Shown here piece after piece: positions 57,900 through 64,000 of a DNA stretch of 64,000 nucleotides. The translations under genes were made by a program, and so were the position numbers. This DNA comes from a virus (lineage: Duplodnaviria; Heunggongvirae; Uroviricota; Caudoviricetes). The notes under the pieces were generated by a model that saw only the letters and a program-made list of their open reading frames with translations, searched no databases and had not been told where the DNA came from. The stretch lies in the IMG/VR virus record IMGVR_UViG_3300042901_002340; one strand, 5' to 3'. Positions within the stretch are counted from its first letter, which is position 1. Each line of letters starts with the position of its first letter.

Positions 57900-58865
57900 C
57901 TATTGAGAATTTCTTTTTTCTCTTGCGTATAATATTGCCTGGACGTAGTTATATGAATTGTGATTTTTGTCAATCCCACTAAAATCATGGTCCCATGGTG
58001 CAGTGTTTATAAAATCTCCCTTATAAAAAACTTTTCCGTCCATATTATTAGTAATACCTGCATTATGCATGATTTTATATTTATACCATTCTGTTGTTCC
58101 ATATGAGCTACCCCAACTAAAGCCAAGTTCATCAGATATTCTAACATCATTACCCCTTTTAATCCCACACCATAAAACAGCCCACATATCAGCACACCAT
58201 TTTTGTATTGGATTATAATCTTTAAGATCCGAATCATCCAATGTACTTCTTTCAATTTGTTCCCGATCACTCATATACTTATAGAGATCGAGAGAAAGAA
58301 ATTCAACCTCCTTCCAAAAATCGCCATCTATCCCCTTCATAAGATATTGAGCACCTCCAGAGTTTTTATTATTTTCGGAGATGATATCCGGATCAACCCC
58401 GGCGATTTCACACATTTCATTAAAGAGATCAACGGATTTACTTTTTATATAATCTGAACCTATATAGGAAACAGTATCACTAAGATACCAAGTTTTATCT
58501 CCGGTTAATATATCAAAGTTTGGTAGCTCCCTGAATATTATATCTGAATCATGGTAGAATATATTTTCATCAGATAGCTCCGGATATCTAGTAAAATGTT
58601 TATAAAGTATATTTGGTCTTACTATCGGGATGTATCCGTAATTTTCGATTGCATCCTTTTTATAAAAGAAAACCCTGACATACGGGTATTTTTTAGCCAA
58701 GTTCATTCCCTCGCGAGATGGAGAATTATCATATCCAAATATTATTTCTATCCAGTTTGGATTTATCCCACTTTTCATTGCATTATGTATGAAAACCTCC
58801 ACTTGCCAATGAAAATATGGCACGTCAGGCTGTGCGCAAATGAAAACAATCTTATTCTGCATCAA
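57900..58865 (-). CDS. GT-A fold glycosyltransferase resembling GT96/GT95 peptidyl O-glycosyltransferases (SGT1/HPAT-like)
   Basis: PYFHWQVEVFIHNAMKSG, YIPIVRP, DxD FYHDSDIIFR, GGAQY, WCADMWA, IMHNAG; ATG probably at 58862. Confidence 0.68.
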   Translation of the reverse strand: MMQNKIVFICAQPDVPYFHWQVEVFIHNAMKSGINPNWIEIIFGYDNSPSREGMNLAKKYPYVRVFFYKKDAIENYGYIPIVRPNILYKHFTRYPELSDENIFYHDSDIIFRELPNFDILTGDKTWYLSDTVSYIGSDYIKSKSVDLFNEMCEIAGVDPDIISENNKNSGGAQYLMKGIDGDFWKEVEFLSLDLYKYMSDREQIERSTLDDSDLKDYNPIQKWCADMWAVLWCGIKRGNDVRISDELGFSWGSSYGTTEWYKYKIMHNAGITNNMDGKVFYKGDFINTAPWDHDFSGIDKNHNSYNYVQAILYAREKRNSQ

Positions 58866-58906
58866 TCAAATTTTAATCATTATAGAATAATAAATTTAAT
58901 TTGTTT

Positions 58907-59833
58907 CTAAGAACATCCAATATATTGGTTACCCTCAGTTTTGAAATTTAGAAATATTGCACCATCACCATCAATTGCTCCTCTACTATATGAAAATGGA
59001 CCGACAAAAGCAGTACATGATGGGTAATTCACATTAGAGGTAATACTAGGATTACCACAATATGCCATAAGGTTTAAACAAGTTGTTTCTATTCCAGTTA
59101 GTGCTGCACCAAAACTAATTCCTTGAAGCGAACCAGTAAGATAAGCACCAATCCATAGGGTATTTCCATTTGGAACTGTAATATTATATTGGTTAGCCGA
59201 ACTAAAGGAAGTTCCCAAAATAGCACCATTGACAACCACTTGCCAGGTTGCTCCAAAATCCTCACTTTTTACAATAGTAACATTGGAATCACCAGGTGAG
59301 GAAGAAATAGATCCTGATCTCTTAGCGTATATGGTTACATTCCTAAGATTGTCACATGGACTATCGTAAGCGAAATCCCCAGCACCGTCCCAGAACCAAA
59401 TACTTGTTCCGTCGGAATAATAACCAGGCTCAGCAAAATAACCAATCCCACCACAAGGATCAGTAGGTTCATAAATATAGAGGTTTGTACCACCAAAATA
59501 ATAATCGGTAGGTGCAAAGAAATAATTATCACATGCAAGCTGAGGTTCAGATGGATCATATCCATAAATTACTCCTGAACACCCTAGGGTTGTTGTTGTT
59601 GTCGTCGTCGTAGTTATACCAGATATTGGTATTGTTATCTGATTTGTACAATTAGTGGTGTTTGATTTTACTACAAAACTAGTAGCTGCATCAGGAACAA
59701 CTATGGGATACCCACTTAGTAAGGAAGCTCTACTAACACCAGTTACAATGGGTGTAACCAAATCAAGATTTGTAAAAATCGAAAAACTACCTGTGTCTAT
59801 ACCAGCTGTTGTTAATTGTATTGTTACTGTCAT
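58907..59833 (-). CDS. putative virion protein with a poly-Thr (T9) linker and Cys-containing small domains
   Basis: 308 aa; ISGITTTTTTTTTLGC; PGYYSDG repeat-like module. Confidence 0.65.
   Translation of the reverse strand: MTVTIQLTTAGIDTGSFSIFTNLDLVTPIVTGVSRASLLSGYPIVVPDAATSFVVKSNTTNCTNQITIPISGITTTTTTTTTLGCSGVIYGYDPSEPQLACDNYFFAPTDYYFGGTNLYIYEPTDPCGGIGYFAEPGYYSDGTSIWFWDGAGDFAYDSPCDNLRNVTIYAKRSGSISSSPGDSNVTIVKSEDFGATWQVVVNGAILGTSFSSANQYNITVPNGNTLWIGAYLTGSLQGISFGAALTGIETTCLNLMAYCGNPSITSNVNYPSCTAFVGPFSYSRGAIDGDGAIFLNFKTEGNQYIGCS
59588..59614 (-). repeat. poly-Thr coding tract (9 codons, mixed ACT/ACG/ACA/ACC)
   Basis: Read directly from the sequence. Confidence 0.9.
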
Positions 59834-59846
59834 TTTTTATTACATT

Positions 59847-62800
59847 TTAAGTTGATACTGTTATTGCATATGAATACTGAATTTGTCCTGGTGCAGCATT
59901 AAGAGTTGCCACATATACTGGAGCTGCGTACGTAAAATTAACAGGACCAATAAGACTACCACCACCTAATGAGGCTTTACTAAATGTACCTATACCTGTA
60001 CCCTGAAACCTAATAACGAAATTACCACCGGTTGTTGGTAAAAAATTACTATTCATAGGAAGTTCAACAACCCCATTATTGGGTATTGTTGCAAACCCAG
60101 CTGATATATCGCTACGAGGAACGGATTCATAGAAAATCTGCCATGTTCCAGTCACAGTATTACCAGTCGTGTTATAAACAGTGAATGTTCCGAAAGGAGA
60201 TACAGTAGTGGTTGTTGTTGTTGATGTTGTTGTCGGATAATTAACAACAGCAGTACCTGATAGGATACAATCAAAAGGAGGAGCAGTCGTGGTGGTTGTT
60301 GTAGTAGGGGCCAACGTTGTCGTTGTTGTCGTACTAGTCGTTGTTGTCGTTGTTGTAGTACTAGTCGTTGTTGTCGTACTAGTCGTTGTTGTTGTTGTCG
60401 TAACAGGAGAACCACCAGTGTAACCAAAATCAGGAATTAATAACGCACTACCACCAATCAATGAAGGTGGCGCATAATATGGGCCATTGACTAGAATTGC
60501 ATTATTCACAGCAGTATTTATAGGACCCACAGTGGCTAATAAAGATCCAGCATCATTAGGTATTACCCTATAATGGAAATTTCCTATATTTTCGAGACCA
60601 GAGTTATTAAGTTGTGATGCTGCAGTAGCAAGTGTTAACACACGGAATTTACCAAGGCCAAAGAAAATAAGGGTTCCTGGGAATGGATAAGTTTCGTTAC
60701 CTGTTGATATTTTTAGAGTGTCAAGATTTCTCAGAGAGTGCAATTCATATCCACCCAACCAATCATTATTAAATTCATAATCGTACCAGGAATGTGCATA
60801 CCCATCATCCCATGTGCTTTCGTTGAATATCTGCCAGCATAATCTTTTTGTTCCCCAATATTTAAGATTAGGATTCGGATATTCCTCGATATTCTCATCC
60901 CAATAAACATAGAAATCCTCAGAATTAACTCCACCAGTAAGAGATGCTGAAACCGAAAGTATATTAATAGATCCGCTCTCCTCAACCCTTAGAGGAACAC
61001 CATTCTGATCAGCACCAAGTTCACTTGGTGCATATATTGTAATAGTAACAGGATCTTCCTGTGGGTTTTCACACGAAGCAAAGTAATCAGGATATGTTCT
61101 AAGAGAGTTTATTGCTGATGTTATTTCATTGGCACTGTTGTACAGACTATCGCCAGTCTCGCTATATCCTATAAGTCTATCACCTACATAAACTGATAAA
61201 TTTCCACCACCAAGGATCCTTTGTGATCCATAGATAGAGGTATCGACATAAAGCTTTTGCGGAGATATGGTTTGTAATAAAACACCACTCCATATGGATT
61301 CTAGAGTTATTGGTATATAAAATGTAAATTCATCAACGACCATTGCGTACCATCTCCCATTAATCTGTGGTATACTTCCAGTGATGGTTACTTCGTCACC
61401 ATCGGAAAGATCATGGAATATAGTTGTTGTAACGTTTGCATATCCATACTGACCTGTGGTAATCTCCAAAGATTCAATAGCGGATACTGTAAGTGTTTTC
61501 TGATTCAATGTTATGGTACCATACGCCCCGTTTGGTGGTTGTGTCGTTCTAACATAAACATCCTGTCCGTCGTCAGCCTTATTACCATACGTAGCAAAAT
61601 CAAGAATCTCGGATGGTATTGCCTTTTTAAGTTCATCCATCGTAGATCCCTCGGAAGGGTATTCCCATATTGAGTCATATTCTCTCCATTCCCTATCAAC
61701 ATTGTTCCAAAGATAATTTTCAACCTCTCTATATCTAGCCCAAGAATCAATATCAACCGTTTTTGGATCGACAAAAATTGAAGAGTTTTTAATAACACTA
61801 GTCTTTGCATTAAAAGCGTCATACGTGTTGCATATGACTTGATATTCTCCAGTGTAAGGTAAGAAGTGGGCTAGCTTATAATAATCAACTATGGATCCTC
61901 TAAATTCGAAATGATACGGTGTACCTGATTGGGTAGCAGATTTATTTACAATCCATTCAATTTCCATCATATTGGAGAAATCCACGTTCTTCCAATTTAA
62001 CATGGAATAATTCTGAACGTCCGAATATAATTCAGTATCACCAAAAATTCCAGTTGTTGAGTCATCGAGTGCTATCTCATAATCACCACTACTATAATAA
62101 ACAGCTGTAACTGTACCGAATATTCCGGTTGACTTAACTCTCACTCTGTCTCCTGGTCTATATGTGGGTATTAGTAGGGCATCCCAATCTATATTCAATT
62201 CATCCCATTCCCATCTATCTGGGGAAAGCTCCAGTATTACTGGCATTCCAACAGGGGTTTCGTACATTTCTCCAGTTACTGGATCCGTATATGCGGGAGG
62301 ATCTAGTTTTCCATCACCAAGCTCTATTATCTTGCCATTTTGCTTAAGATTGTAGAATTCAGCAATAGCAGATAGGAGAGATTCGTTTTGAACCGGTGTG
62401 TAATTTTGTTGAGAATCCAGGGGGTTTATAATATTACCGAGATCCGACAATGTTGCAGGAACTATTTGTATTAGACCCGACATCGATGTTGGATTTGTTT
62501 TGGAATAATATCGTATAGTACCAGATGCCTCAGGAGCTATGTACCACTGCATAGAATATCCACCAGTTGCTCCATTATTAACTATACCAGTAGGAACATT
62601 AAGAGGCCACTGTAGGGGTGAATTTGGATAACCGGAGAAAGATGTTATATTGAAACTAGCTCCAGTTGAATTGGGATCCTTAACATTGAAGGTGTAGGAT
62701 TTTCCAGCTTGCAATTTTAGAATTGGATTATCTCCAGTAACACCATATGGTATATACCCATTAAATCTTATAGCACTCCCAGTACCACCAGGGAAAGAAA

Positions 62801-64000
62801 CATCCAAGGAATACGAATTATCATACGTGCTAGGAATCTGTATATAATTAGGATTGGGTCTTATATTAAAATTTCTAAGATCCTCTATGAATCCAAAATC
62901 TGGATTTGGGAAGAAATCAAAATCATAACCTATGTTTATATCAGATCTTAACATCTGATCAGTCCAAGATCTTGTGTTTTGTATCATGAAATAAACACCC
63001 TCACCAGTAATGTCTATTATCCTAGCATTTAAAGGTAAATAGTCTCTCTTTAATCTTTCCTTTAAAGCAAATATTTTTATAAGTACTTCCTCTTGTGTAA
63101 ATTTAAAAGCATCAACAACAACAGGGTAACCATATTCGTCAGTGTCACCAGTAACCTTATTAAGATCGTAATAAAGGCCAAATAATGATGTTTTCTTTAT
63201 GGATTTACTAGGAAGTTGTGAATTTTCCGAGGTAACATTAAGAACATAATTTCCCTTCCCGTCAGGCCCGTATGTCTGTGTAAGCTTATATTTACCAGAA
63301 TTTGGATTATCTAATACGTCCCCGATATTATAAGACTGCGAATATCCATTCTTAGATTGCTCAGTTTTTATTTTATTAAGAAAAGATTGATTCTGTTGTA
63401 GAGGCGATTCTAATTTTAGGTTTTTATAGTTTAGATTTAACCAGTATTCCTTTATCCTCATGTCCTGATATCCGAAGAACTTAAGGGCATTAATAAGACC
63501 TTTATAACTACCTATATAAGGAAATATATCCTCGCCAGCTATAAGTAGCTCTTTTCTCTTTTCATTGATCTCTAGAAAGTTTGGAACTGGTTCAGCAGGA
63601 TCATGATCCCTAAGTATCACAGAATCACTATTATAAAAAGATCTCCCTATATTCTCCAGAAGAACCTTAAATCTTTCATCCTCACCTATAGTTTGTCCAT
63701 AGAAATCAACCTCCATAATCTTCTGGGGAGTTCCTGTTGTTATGTCCTCTACGATAAGTTTTCTTTCATAGACATTGTCCAAATCATCCGGTGAATTTAA
63801 GGCAACGTTTATTGCTACTGCATCGGAAATAACATTCTCAGTAACTATTAAACCATTAGAATAGTAGTCATTAATATCGGAATCTATAGGAATTACCATA
63901 TTCGGATAACTAATAATCAATGGCTCACCATCTCCTCCAGGCAATTGATCTTCTATGGTATATGTGAATATTATTTCGGAAACGTCAACATCGCCATAGT
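59847..64000 (-). CDS. large baseplate/tail structural protein with a C-terminal mucin-like Thr tract (5' end beyond the window)
   Basis: Frame is open to base 64000 (YGDVDVSEIIFTYTIEDQL), so the 63944 start is an artefact; IGSYKGLINALKFFGY is baseplate-wedge-like; long Thr/Ser/Pro tract near the C-terminus. Confidence 0.7.
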   Translation of the reverse strand, partial: YGDVDVSEIIFTYTIEDQLPGGDGEPLIISYPNMVIPIDSDINDYYSNGLIVTENVISDAVAINVALNSPDDLDNVYERKLIVEDITTGTPQKIMEVDFYGQTIGEDERFKVLLENIGRSFYNSDSVILRDHDPAEPVPNFLEINEKRKELLIAGEDIFPYIGSYKGLINALKFFGYQDMRIKEYWLNLNYKNLKLESPLQQNQSFLNKIKTEQSKNGYSQSYNIGDVLDNPNSGKYKLTQTYGPDGKGNYVLNVTSENSQLPSKSIKKTSLFGLYYDLNKVTGDTDEYGYPVVVDAFKFTQEEVLIKIFALKERLKRDYLPLNARIIDITGEGVYFMIQNTRSWTDQMLRSDINIGYDFDFFPNPDFGFIEDLRNFNIRPNPNYIQIPSTYDNSYSLDVSFPGGTGSAIRFNGYIPYGVTGDNPILKLQAGKSYTFNVKDPNSTGASFNITSFSGYPNSPLQWPLNVPTGIVNNGATGGYSMQWYIAPEASGTIRYYSKTNPTSMSGLIQIVPATLSDLGNIINPLDSQQNYTPVQNESLLSAIAEFYNLKQNGKIIELGDGKLDPPAYTDPVTGEMYETPVGMPVILELSPDRWEWDELNIDWDALLIPTYRPGDRVRVKSTGIFGTVTAVYYSSGDYEIALDDSTTGIFGDTELYSDVQNYSMLNWKNVDFSNMMEIEWIVNKSATQSGTPYHFEFRGSIVDYYKLAHFLPYTGEYQVICNTYDAFNAKTSVIKNSSIFVDPKTVDIDSWARYREVENYLWNNVDREWREYDSIWEYPSEGSTMDELKKAIPSEILDFATYGNKADDGQDVYVRTTQPPNGAYGTITLNQKTLTVSAIESLEITTGQYGYANVTTTIFHDLSDGDEVTITGSIPQINGRWYAMVVDEFTFYIPITLESIWSGVLLQTISPQKLYVDTSIYGSQRILGGGNLSVYVGDRLIGYSETGDSLYNSANEITSAINSLRTYPDYFASCENPQEDPVTITIYAPSELGADQNGVPLRVEESGSINILSVSASLTGGVNSEDFYVYWDENIEEYPNPNLKYWGTKRLCWQIFNESTWDDGYAHSWYDYEFNNDWLGGYELHSLRNLDTLKISTGNETYPFPGTLIFFGLGKFRVLTLATAASQLNNSGLENIGNFHYRVIPNDAGSLLATVGPINTAVNNAILVNGPYYAPPSLIGGSALLIPDFGYTGGSPVTTTTTTTSTTTTTSTTTTTTTTSTTTTTTLAPTTTTTTTAPPFDCILSGTAVVNYPTTTSTTTTTTVSPFGTFTVYNTTGNTVTGTWQIFYESVPRSDISAGFATIPNNGVVELPMNSNFLPTTGGNFVIRFQGTGIGTFSKASLGGGSLIGPVNFTYAAPVYVATLNAAPGQIQYSYAITVST
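60204..60401 (-). repeat. mucin-like Thr-rich repeat region
   Basis: TTTTTTTSTTTTTSTTTTTTTTSTTTTTTLAPTTTTTTTAPP...PTTTSTTTTTT; DNA unit GTACTAGTCGTTGTTGT occurs three times. Confidence 0.9.

Noticed and set aside
60204-60401. GTT/GTC repeats as a CRISPR array or non-coding microsatellite
   Set aside because: In-frame Thr codons with mixed third positions and no repeat-spacer structure
2422-63794. Numerous 60-170 aa ORFs nested within or antisense to long genes
   Set aside because: Shadow frames of recognisable genes, with no motifs or independent expression signals
1-64000. Stop-codon reassignment as in some large Bacteroidota phages
   Set aside because: Genes are full length and densely packed in the standard code, and TAG and TGA both end genes (e.g. 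5656, 27457, 36864)
1-64000. tRNA/rRNA genes, CRISPR arrays, DGR, integrase or IS elements
   Set aside because: None recognised; spacers are short and AT-rich, and no RT or transposase ORF is present (by-eye inspection only)
63944-64000. Start codon at 63944
   Set aside because: It is an internal TTG; the frame stays open to the window edge

Overview
AT-rich, gene-dense 64 kb segment of a large (jumbo-type) tailed phage with a T4-like replication core, nearly all encoded on the minus strand. The host is probably Bacteroidota: there is a TAnnTTTG promoter, A-rich starts without Shine-Dalgarno sites, DUF4494 and Hc1-like genes, and a signal peptide with Gln at +1. The left ~27 kb carries DNA metabolism and repair genes: DnaJ (partial), UvsE, topoisomerase II large subunit, GT2-TPR, adk, nrdA/nrdB, dUTPase/dCTPase, the N-half only of a family B polymerase, an MBD4-like glycosylase, UvsW/UvsY, primase, gp32-like SSB and RuvC. 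These are interleaved with small genes sharing a T4 internal-protein-like N-terminal motif. The right ~37 kb is a virion tail/baseplate/fibre block with phoH inverted inside it. Most notable: (1) a GT95/GT96-like (plant SGT1/HPAT-like) candidate protein O-glycosyltransferase directly beside two virion genes with mucin-like poly-Thr tracts; (2) a UvsW helicase fractured by a naturally split intein at its DECH motif, with a free-standing PD-(D/E)XK endonuclease between the halves; (3) a putative capsid-packaged enzyme set (Pol-beta NTase, ligase-like/HIGH-NTase fusion, adenylate kinase) marked by a shared leader motif and a GATATATA promoter; (4) a split PolB. All calls come from motif recognition by eye; no searches were run.
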